From contig CDMY01000605.1 in NCBI GenBank assembly GCA_001179505.1, positions 1 through 43,921 of the forward strand: 43,921 nucleotides of DNA, in the 5' to 3' direction. The stretch is from Vitrella brassicaformis CCMP3155 (Eukaryota; Protista; Chromerida). The notes beneath the pieces were generated by a model, which was not told where the DNA came from, did not search any database, and saw only the letters and a program-made list of their open reading frames with translations. A program made the translations under genes and the position numbers. Below, one piece after another: positions 11,060 through 21,820 of this stretch; position 1 is the first letter of the stretch; every line of letters begins with the position of its first letter.

Positions 11060-13917
11060 ATGAAGGAAGACTCTGACCAGGACACTCCGCCAGCAGACAA
11101 TGGCAGCGGAAAGCTGGCGGCGCTGACGTCTCCCGTGTTTCAGCTGATCCAGAGCGGCCATCACAGCAGCACCATGCCGGCCGCCCACACACGGGGGAAG
11201 GTCTCTGTGCATGAGGCGTCCAGGTCGCCGCCCTTCCCCGCCCCAGCCATGAAGAACTACATGCACTCGAGCACTCAGTCGACCGAGTGCATGTCCACGG
11301 CCACGGGGGAGTCGGACATATCGGCTGCGTCGCTCACCCTCCCCTCCCTCCCCTCACCGGCACCCCCGCCCCTCACTTCACCCCCTGCAAGACCACAAGA
11401 CCTGAGCATCCCGAGCGACAGCTGTGCTCTCGATGACCTGCTTGACATCTCTGGCAGGGTCGGGGGGCGCTCGCCGTGCGTGAGGGTGTCATCGAGTGCG
11501 TTTCCTTCGATGGGCGACTCGTCGACGAGTGCGTCGCCCCTTTTCTCGAAGCCGACCCACCTGCCGCACCACTACACTGTCGCGTACGTGTCGCAAGCGC
11601 CGCTTTATGTGGACACGGGGAGGGGGGACGAGCAGGCCGCGTGCATCGCGCTTTCTGGGCTGGCGAGCTGGGATGAGAGGGGGGAGTGGGAGGGAGAGCT
11701 GGAGGGAGACCCGGGCGACACTCCGTCGCCCTACCAGAGTGACACCAACACGGTGCAGCCGTTGCCGCCCCCTGCTGCTGCTGCGGACCAGTGCGCCTTG
11801 CGTGGTGACCTCAATCGCACGGCCTACTCGGCCATTGACATCCCCGCCCCCCCTGGCCGCTTGTATCGACACAGGGCTGTGACGTCTCCCCCACAACCGA
11901 CCCCCAAGATCGTTGTGCGAGGTCAGTCACGCAACGAACGCAGTGCGGATGGATGGATGGATGTGTGTCTTCCTGCGTGTAATAGGGCAAATCAATCCCC
12001 ACCCCTCCCTCACTCGTCCAGCCGACCCCCCACGCGTCACGTTTTCCGTCCCAGCATCGAGCAAGCGGCCTCCCCCACCGGCATACCCATCTGCCTCTGC
12101 CTCTGCCTCTGCGTCAGCAAGTGCATCGCCCCCCTCCCCGCGACATCACCAACCGCCCCCCTGCCCCCCCGCCCCCCCACCCACCCTGCGCACCCTGGAC
12201 AGAAAACAGGTGCGATCGCTGACGATGCCCAGCAAGGGCCGGGGGGGAGGAGAGCGCTTCTGGTCCGGATGGCTGTGGCGCAAATGGCGCGCCGTTGTCA
12301 AGGACGCCTACCGACGGCAGTTCAAGCGTGGGACCGCGTCCAGTGACGGCTCACCCCCACAGCAAGACGTCAGCCAGGAAGCAGCGGCGGGGGCGGGGGA
12401 GCGGCGGAACAGACGCGGCAAGGAGGGGTCGGTTTCGTCGTCGACTTCATCGTCATCAGGCGCGTCATCTCTCGTCAACACGCTCGGTCTGGGTCTGGGG
12501 CTCGACAGGTCGCCGTCTCGCACGGTGGCCGCGCTGCTTGACAGCTTCGCGTCAAGGTGGCTGCCGAGCCGCGACAAGAGCTCGTCAGGGGGCGGAGGAG
12601 GGGGAGGGGGCAGCCGGCCGCTTTGCGCCTTCTCCCTTCTGTCGCTCAACTTCAACCTGGGTCTGCGGGGCGGCCCCTTGGCGGCCCGACAGGGTACTGG
12701 CAGCCCACGACGATCGTCGTCTCTCGTGGCTGACTTGGAGGACAGCAGCACCGCCGAGAAGATCTTCGTTGGGTGGGGCGGGGGAATGGGGGTGGGTGTG
12801 CCCGACGCACTGCAAGACCAGGATGACAGCAGCGGAGAAGCCAGAGAAGACGATATCGTCAAGGAGGACAGGCGCGAGGGAGAGGAGGACGACACAACAC
12901 AGAAAAGCAGTGGTCGGAGGGACCGCCGCGTGTCCATCAAGTGGGGCCCCCTCCCCTGCACACGCACCACAAATGACGACGCCCCGCCCGACAGCGAGAA
13001 GAGCAGCCCGCCTTTCGACCTCAGAAGTAATTCACCCGAGGAGCTCGAGCAGGAAATCCAAGAGAGAGACGCCAGAAACGCCAAGGAGAAGAAGAGCAAG
13101 GCGGACGACGCCGAGCAGCTGGACCTGCCCATCCCTAGGAGGCGGTCGGGGGGCCCGTCGTCTGGGAGTGGTGGGACACAGAGCGGCAAGAGCAGCTGCA
13201 GCGGGCTGTCTGAGCAGATGAGCGACACCATGGAGGATGGCGAGTCGGCTGCTGCGGGGGAGGGGGGCATTGCCGTATCCAGGAGACCCATGATTGTCCC
13301 GAGGTCAGCCTGGCATTCAGAGAGTCAGAGAGAGAGAGAGAGAGAGAGGGAGGGAGAGAGATGTGTGCATGTGTGTGATGTGTGATGTGTGTCAGGTTGG
13401 ATTTATCCCGCATTCTCCGCGCCCGCAACCTACAACCACGACCGAGGATCAAACCCGTCGGCAAAAGACACTCCAACTGGTAACCACACCCACACCCACA
13501 CCTACACCCACACCCACACCCACACCCATCCATCCATCCATCTGTTTGTCCATCTCTCTCTGTGTGTGCAGGTCCGACGACTCCGACAACTCCGACCAAG
13601 ACGGTGCGTCTCCCTCGTATGTGCGCACGAGCGCCCCCTCGTCGTCGCACTACTACCCTCCAAGCCGTGGGGCGAGTGGCCTGGTGTCAGCGGGGTTCTC
13701 CACCTTCCGAGCAGAGGAGGACGGCCTCAACAACAAGGAGGAGATGCAGCTGAGGCGGCAGGCGGCCATGGGGGACTATCATGACCATGGCGATTACGAC
13801 CATGAGGGCTCTGATGACGGTTGCGGGGACGGCGATCTGATGGATGATGTGGATGTGCGCTCTGACGGGGGAGAGAGCAACTGGTCCGACGACAGTGCGG
13901 TGATGCGGTGCTTCTGA
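11060..13917 (+). CDS. Large, intrinsically disordered Ser/Pro/Gly/Asp-rich protein of unknown function (4 exons)
   Basis: ATG at 11060 (MKEDSDQD...). Approximate exons 11060-11921, 11986-13302, 13395-13476 and 13571-13917, with compatible phases (...MIVPR|LDLSRILR...HSNW|SDDSD...VMRCF*). No recognisable domain. Confidence 0.7.
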
Positions 13918-16140
13918 TGGATTGTTGACGGGAGGGGAGGGAGGGGTGTGTCGTGATGTGTTGTGTGTGCATGGACAGACAGACCAGACAGAGGGGAGAG
14001 GGCAATGGCTGAATGTATGTCGATATACTCATGCTCATACTCACTCTCATGTGTAACCAATCCGTAGGTGCATTCCTTCATTGCCTTCATTCCTTCATGC
14101 GTTGCCTTCCCTCCCTCTCGCTGGCGTGTCAGTGTGTGTGGGTTTTGTCGATCGTTTGTATGCGGCCGTGGCTGCAACCACGTGGCCGGGCCGCCCGCGG
14201 TCGATCGAAGGAGTGATGGTGGGCTGTGCGTTCGTGTGTGGGGCAGGCCAGGGCAGGCAGTCGCACGAAGGAAGAAACACAGCAACAGGCAGACAGACAG
14301 GCAGGCAGGTTACGAGGGAGGGGGGGAGAGGGAGGGGAGAGGGGGAGCAAGCTGGCTGGGCGGGCTGATAGAGACAGTCATTCATTCATTCATTCATCAT
14401 GAAGAGCAGCATCAGTCGAAGACAAGAGACACACCCACACCTACACCTACACTTCACCTGCACCTACCTACACACACTCTTGGCTGGCTGGCTGGCTTGC
14501 TGGCCTGTTTTGCCCATCCACACATACGTACTTACCTACCCTGCCATTACCGTATCTATCTGTCATGTGTGAGTGTTGATTTGATATATGCGTTGGTCGA
14601 TCGATGGTTGGTGGGATGGATCGTTGGTGTTTGTCTGTCTGAGCCGGGCAGGCGTGCACTGCACAGTGAGTGTCTCTACTCCTTTCTCCTTCCTTTCTGT
14701 CTCTCTCTCTCTGCTCCTCTCTCTCTCGTCGGCCGTTGCCCATGCACCGGACAACACACAACAAAGCAAACAACACACAACACGCCACACCGCACCGCAC
14801 TACAGCCACACATTAGAGTACAGTTTTTCTTTTGTTTTGTCTCGGTGGTGGTATGTTCGCATTTTTGTTTTTAATTTCGCCACCGACCGATAAATGTGTG
14901 TGTGTATGTATGTTTATTTCATCAAGGCAGGCGGCAAGTAAGGAATTCACACACACACCACACCACACCACACCGCACACAGTGACGTCTACCACACGCA
15001 GCTCTCTCTCTCTCTCTCTCCCCGTTTTTCTCTTGCATGTCGCTTCGTGTCATGTGTGTGTGCGAATTCGGCTCCTCCCATCCGTCCATCCATCCACTCA
15101 TCTGTTCTTCTATGGCCAGCCAGAGAGAACCTCTTTCCCTCGTGTGTGGTCGAACGAACGAACCCTTGCTTGAGCGAGACAGACAGACAGACAGATAGCT
15201 GCGTAGGTGTCTGGACCCGTTGAGTGCATGGTTGTGTCCATTCATGGAGAATGAAGCTCTTCCTTCCTTTGGCTTACTGCACCCTCCCTCCCTCCCTCCC
15301 TTTGCTATTAGCAGCTCTCGGATGATATGCCCAACCTGACTGACCTGACGTGACCTAACTGACTTGACAGGACCAGCCCAGCCCAGCCAGCCCACTTACT
15401 TGACCCGCCTGCCTGCCTGCCTGCCTGCCTGGATCCATCCATCCATCGGTTCATTCGTGTGTGTCAGGCCCTTTGTGTTGTGTGGTGTAGTCGATCGCTC
15501 GTGTGGATGCCTCGTATGTCTGTCCGTGGCCGTGCCAGTGTCCGTGTCCGTGAGAGTGTATAGCTAGTCCATATGGATGGATGGATGGATGGATGGACGC
15601 TGCTCTTGTCCTTCCTCCCCTGGCTGTTGGTTGCATGATTGATCGATTAATCGATTGAGGTGAGGGCTTCTGAGTGACGCCAGGCGTCCCGCCCTCCTCC
15701 CTACCTGACTTGACGACTTGACCAGCTTTTTCCGTTTTTCGCAGCACAGAGCGAGCGACTACTGACTGACCGACACATCGACCATTGCTCTGTCCGACCC
15801 TGCCCAGCCCAGCCGTGTGTCATTTCACTCTTCACTGACTGCCTGTCTGCCTGCCTGCCTGTCTGCCTGGCTGTCTTATGAATTTGGTCTGCTGCGCGTG
15901 TCATGTGTATGTGTGTGGGGCCCGGTGCTGCTGGTGCACTCACTGGGCTCGTGTCGTGTGTGCTGCTGCTGCGTGTGATGAGGTGTGCACGTGTGTGGAT
16001 GGATGGCTGCAATGTACTCTAACTAATGCTTCTTCCTTCGCATCTTTCTTCTTGCCTGGATTGCCATGGACAGGGAATGAACGGCATGGATGGATCATCG
16101 ATCATCGATTAACCACCACATTTGTTGCTTGGCTTGGTCA
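13918..16140. repeat. Microsatellite-rich non-coding DNA ((CA)n, (GGAT)n, (CCTG)n, (GACA)n, (CT)n)
   Basis: Dense short tandem repeats are directly visible, and no credible spliced ORF is present. Confidence 0.75.
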
Positions 16141-16144
16141 GGCG

Positions 16145-16945
16145 TCTCGGTCTCCCTCGTTCAACCCATCCCATCATCAAGAGATTCATTGTACAAAATG
16201 CCACCCACCCACCATTCATTGATCCACCCACCCAGCCACACACCCACACCAGACTCGGTCCTCACAGCAAATGCAGGCCTGCATGTGTGTGTGAGTGTAG
16301 GGGATGGTGCAATCAATATCAAATACAGTCGGTCGGGGCAAAGCGAGTCTCATCTCATGGACACACTCGCAGACCACCCACACCTAAACGGGAATACTCG
16401 TCTTGTGAATATTCCCGTTGTGGAGTGGAGAGATGACGTCATGTGTCCGAGAGAAGGAGGCTGCTTCACAGAACAGGCACACACACAGACAGATAGCCAG
16501 GCACAAGAAACGCGCCACAAAATGAATGCGACACAGTTGCTCGCTCCGTCGTCTCGGTTTCGTTCAATCCACCAAAAGGAATACATGCTTTGATGATGTG
16601 GAAACGGATATGGAGTGGTCTGTCCGTCACGTAGTACAAAATGCCACGCACCCATCCACTGTCATAAGAAATGCAGGTCTGCATCTGTCTGGAAGTATGT
16701 ACCAACAGAGATGGTGCAATATCCAATACAGTCGGTCGGGGCAAGGGGAGTCTCATTTCATGGACACACTCGCAGACCACCCAGGCCACGCCTGAACGAG
16801 AATACTCTTATTGAGAACATTCCCGTTGGCGCGCGGGCTGTGTGTGCAATGTGTCCGTGGAAAGGAGACTGCTTGCCACATACACACACAGATACGGTGG
16901 ACTGGATTGTCGGTCAGCCGGCCACAAAATGCGATGATCGCATGC
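16145..16945. repeat. Diverged head-to-tail tandem duplication of about 400 bp, non-coding
   Basis: Identical blocks AATACAGTCGGTCGGGGCAA (16322-16341 / 16725-16744) and TCATGGACACACTCGCAGACCACCCA (16355-16380 / 16758-16783). GTACAAAATGCCAC, TTCCCGTTG, ATGTGTCCG and GCCACAAAATG also occur collinearly in both units. Confidence 0.9.
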
Positions 16946-17758
16946 AATTGCCATTCGCTCTGTAATCCCTCCATCCATCCATTCATCCATCAACCAATAC
17001 CAACCAATCAGACGAAACGGGTGAGCACGAGTGTGTGTGAGTCACGAAAGCATTTGAGAGAGGGAAGGTTCTCGTTTCTCGAATGCCACATCATGGCACA
17101 CACCCACACTCGAGCTCACCTCACCGTCCACACATCCCATCCCGGTCAGTCAGGTCACCAAAACGCCGTCACTCATTCGCTCACACACGAGAGGAGAGAG
17201 AGAAAAGAGAAAAGACGGGGGACAATCGGGTCGAACCGAACCAATAGTCAATGCCCCCTGCCCGGCCAAATCGCCCGCCCACCGATCTTGATCCTTCCAT
17301 GGTGGAAGACAGCAACGTGCAGCATGCAGCATGCCCGCCACTCAACACACAACAATAGAAAAGACACAAGAGAACGCCGGGGACAATCACCCAAGCAACC
17401 ACTTCTGTGCCACACACACATGCATGTGTGTGTGCAATTGTGTGTGTGTATATGTGTGTGTGTGTGTGAGTGGAGTCAGAAAAAAACACAAGAGTCCGAA
17501 AAAACGCGTGGCAAGGAGAGGGGAAACTTCCCTTGCGGAGTCCGCGACTGGTCCAGGAGGTGCATCTCCCTTCAAGAAACTTGGCTGGGATACGTGTGCG
17601 TGTGTGTGTGTGTGTCTAGTTGTGGCGTCCAAACCACGGGAGCATGCCGGTCAGCCGTCCGAAGAGTGACGGGCCCTCGCTACACACACATACATACACA
17701 ATGAAGACACAACGTGTGAATGGGTGTCTAAGGTGTGTGGTGTGTGTGTGTTGTCCAT

Positions 17759-19756
17759 TCACCCGCTGTGCATCTCCTGGTCATCTTCGGGTGACCCCGA
17801 CTCCGTGCCCGACGCACCTGCAGCGGCAGCCGCAGCAGCCCCACTACCGCTAGACGCAGCAGCGGCAGCCGCAGCAGGGGAAGCAGACGCAGGGGACGAC
17901 GGCGCACCCGCCCTGAGCCACATCACACACACACCAAGACACACACATGCCATAGTTGACCGCGATGGCTCGATCGTCACGCATTCAGTGTTCGTGCTCA
18001 CCTATCGCCCTCCTCCCCCTCCCAGCCCTCCATGCCCTCATCCAGGCGGCGGCCCGCCATGTTCGCCGGAGCAGAGGCAGCTGCCGCAGCAGAGGCAGCA
18101 GCGGCTGCCATGGGCTTCTTGGGCGACTTCTTGCTGCTGTGGCTGCTGTGGTGGTGGTGCTTGGGGGGTGAGGGAGGGAAGAGGGGGACGGGGGGAGGCG
18201 CCATTATCTTGTCCGTGTCCATGTCAATGCCCAGATCCATCGACAGCGATGAGTTGGGCTTGCGGGAACGCTTCGAACGACGGACGAAACGGCCATCTGA
18301 GGGGAGATGGACAGACACAGAACACAGAGCATTCGGCTTTGGTATGCAGTGTGTTGTGTGTGGTGGGGAGATCGGTCATGATTGTTAACTGACCCTCTCC
18401 GTCTTGCGACACGAAGGCGCTGCCCAGTTGCTCCAGGTCCAGCTCACCCGCCCGCTTCCTGCCCTGCCTGTGGCGGGCCAACAACCTGACGCACAAACAC
18501 ATGGATGGACATACGGATGACACACGCCAATTAGGCAACACAGCAAACGTGTGTGTGGGGGGGGGTCACTTGTTCCGCTCGCGGACGTCCTTGCGGCTCT
18601 CATCCACACGCTCGGCGCGCATGCCCCCTGACAGATGGACGACACACACTACGATGGATGCATGAAACAAACAGAAACCCACCGCTCTCCTTCCCCCCTC
18701 TCACCGTCAGGCGATGGGCACAAGGGTGTGATGCGGCGCGACGACGAGGGGCTCCAGGACGACATCTGACCGTCATCCTCCCTCTCACCGCCACCGCCAC
18801 CGCGTCCGCAGGCCATGCCCTGGGTGTGATCCTGGGGGTCTCGTCGCTTGAGGTTCCCTGATGGCGGGAGGAATGCGCTGATGCCGTACAGGCCGTACGA
18901 TGGGGGGGCGGGCACCTTCAACTCTAGCTGCAACCAGACAACGCACACACACACACACACACAGGGGCAGCGGTGAGGTGCACGAACAGAGGGATGGCTG
19001 TGTGTGCGTGTGACCTCAGCGCCGGTGGGGTTAATGCCGCAAATCGCACACAACTGATCGTACCTGGTATGCACACAACAAGTTGGTTGGAAGCACCATC
19101 TTCAGACCTCCTGGATGCGTGTACACGTGCGTGTGTGCGCTCGTTTGCTCAGCTCACTCGTGGAAGAAGCCCTCGAGGTCCCGCAAAGTGGGCAGATGGT
19201 GGCGCGTCGACGGGCCAAAGTACTCCTGTTCTCAACAAGGTGCCAACAACACAACACAACACAACACGTCATGTGCCGCCGTCCCTCCCCTCTACACACA
19301 GTGTCCAATTCCCACACACACACCCACCTGCACTTTCTCCGCCGTCAGCGACACGATGCCCTGCTTGTCCAAATTAGGACCGCACTCCACACCATTAAGG
19401 AAGCGCTGCTTCACCACCTGCAGACACGACAACGACGCTTCATGTCTGCCTGCGTCTCTCTCTCTCTCTCTCTCTCTCTCTGTGAGGCTGTGGTGTGGCA
19501 TACCTACCAAAAACCTGCCCCAGTAGAAGTTGTCGGTGAGTAGCATCGAGAACTTCTCGCTCGACAAGAGCCGCTGGAAGATTTCGAAGACCTCCCCCTG
19601 TGTGCGATGCGAGAGCCGTCCCTTCCCGGAGCTGTGCGACATGACCGACTGCACGAACTGCCTCGACTCCTCGACGTACTGTTGAGGAGAGAGGCCGCTC
19701 TGCTGATTGCCATTGGTGGGTGGGGGGAAGGCCGCAGAGGAAGAGCTGCTGGCCAT
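17759..19756 (-). CDS. Hypothetical protein (8 exons): apparently globular N-terminal half and low-complexity C-terminal half
   Basis: ATG at 19756 (MASSSSSAAF...). Exons join in phase: LLTDNFYWGRFL|QVVKQRFLNGVECGPNLDKQGIVSLTAEK|EYFGPSTRHHLPTLRDLEGFFHE|YDQLCAICGINPTGAE|LELKVP... through to EDDQEMHSG* at 17759. Confidence 0.75.
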
Positions 19757-19987
19757 TGCTATGCCTGTTCTTGAGCTGAAACAACCAAAATAGACTCAGA
19801 GGGAAAGATGGGAGGTGGCGACGGGTGCAAGCTCGCGATGGCTCAATTGTGGAGAACGCCGACAGAGTGGATTCATCAACGGGCGTCTTCTCGCACGCAC
19901 AGAGAGAGTCTGTTCGACGTCCCAAATCATATCACGCCATCACATCACCGAAAACTTCATCCGGCATGCACCCGTTCATCAACAATT

Positions 19988-20955
19988 TCATGACGCGGCG
20001 CTGGCCAGAGCCTTCTGGTTGAGACCTGTGCCCTCGTCGGCCTGCTGTAGCTGCGCGCTCTCCCTGACGGCCCGCACAACGAGCGACGGACGAGACGCAG
20101 CGCACTCGGGGCACCCACGCCGCTGCACACAAACGGACATTGACACACACACGTGTGTTGATGCCTTTCTGTCACGCAAATGTGAATGTGTGTGGTTACT
20201 TACTTGTGTGATGTGTTGTGTGGGAGTGAGCGAGAAGTTGCCGTGAGTGGGGCAGCGAATCGTGACCGGCTTGTCTGGGCCGAGGTACTCGACGCTGTCA
20301 TAGCCATACCTGATCGACCGACATGGCACGTGACACACGCCAACAGGCACGACAGACACGGTGTGACGACCAAACACATGGATGGATGGGGGCAGGGGCC
20401 TTCACTGCATTGGTCCGATTGCTGACCTTCCCCTGTGTATCCTCTCAGCGTCCTCAACGAAGGCTTTGCCAGCCTTCAATCAAACACACAGGCCAGGCAG
20501 CACAGCACACACATCCCTGACTGACAGCTGTTCACACAATCCAAGCCCACCATGCACTGCCACCTGTTTGAACGCTCCCTCTGCCCTCGCCACCTGCCGC
20601 CTCGACGCGTTGCGCCTCGCAAGGCTGGACGCCGCCAAAGCCAGACCGCCGAACACGTCACTCTCACCACCACCAGAGGGCCGATCGCTGCTGCCACCCT
20701 GGTGTGTGGTGGATGGTGGCCGCCTGCGGTAGACTGAGTACCGCAGCTTGTCCTCACACCTTGGGCACCCCTGACGCTTCTGCACCAGAAAGAGATCACG
20801 GGTGTATGTGTGTAGGTGTGTGTCCTTCTCTCTCTTTCTCTGTGTGGTTGTGCGTGTGCGTGCCTTGAGGTGTTCGTTGATGGTGAGGGTGAATTCCCCG
20901 TGCTGCGGGCACACAATCGTCAGGTAGTCGTTGCCACCTGAGTGAAGGACGGATG

Positions 20956-20986
<31 letters not shown>

Positions 20987-21482
20987 GGACAATAGAGATG
21001 CGGCGGGCCTTTCCGTCCGTGCGTCTGTTCTTACTTGCGTAGTTGACTTTGGAGTAGTCATAGCGATTGCCTGCATCCACACACCCACGGCACACAACAC
21101 ACTACACCCCTATATGCAGTGAGTGAGGGCAGCTGACTCTCTGTCTGTCTGTCTGGTCTGTCTGGTCTGTCTGGTCTGTCTGTCTTGTCTGTCTGTCCAC
21201 CCACCGTGCACCCTTGAGCAGTCATACATCAGGTTCTTCCTGCACACACACAGAAAGGCCCACACAGCGACACACGTCGAATGAATGCACCTCGCTGCTT
21301 CCGTGTTGCATGCCCCCTGCACACCTGAAAGCGCCAGCATCCGCCCTCTCCGCCTTGGACATCCGCAGCGCCCTCAGAGCCCTCACACACTGACTCACAG
21401 CAAGGTAATGGCTGCACGGGCTGCCCGCGGCCTGCGCATAGCGGCAGGGGTGGTTGCCGAGCGCCCGCATCATCATCATCAC
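19988..21482 (-). CDS. Protein with two DUF723-like zinc-ribbon repeats (phage/giant-virus homing-endonuclease-associated type) and no nuclease domain
   Basis: Exons 21325-(~21482), 21205-21239, 21035-21070, 20864-20937, 20564-20779, 20427-20473, 20204-20309 and 19988-20122 are phase-consistent. Repeat 1: SRVHGNRYDYSKVNYASGNDYLTIVCPQHGEFTLTINEHLKKRQGCPRC. Repeat 2: ERIHRGRYGYDSVEYLGPDKPVTIRCPTHGNFSLTPTQHITQRRGCPEC. The start codon is uncertain. Confidence 0.85.
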
Positions 21483-21820
21483 GCAGACTCCATCAAGTCA
21501 ACGAGGAGAAGCTGAAAGACAGCAATTTGAGTCGAGTCAGAGCAACGAAAGATCAGTCACGCCCGTCACGTGGACGAGCTCAGTGGCGCCAGAGGGAGAG
21601 CCGAAGGGGAAGAAATTGCAGAGCTCGCAGTTGAGCTCGCATGAGAGAAGGGGAAAGGGACAGACTAGGCGACAGAGGCGATTGAGAAGCCTTTGATGAG
21701 GACACTGGTGATGATCCTGCGATCAGCTGCTCTAGCCGAGTTCTTCTTTGCCGCTGGGCTCATTCAAGTCGCTGAAGACCCGTTCAATAGGCTGCCGAGC
21801 AGCTCACACCCTTCCCAGTC

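Noticed and set aside
13918-17750. CRISPR-like arrays or hidden genes in the repeat-rich intergenic region
   Set aside because: The repeats are 2-5-nt microsatellites without unique spacers, and the ORFs there are translations of simple repeats.
19988-21482. Active homing endonuclease or mobile element
   Set aside because: No nuclease domain, terminal repeats or target-site duplication is visible, and the gene has typical host introns.
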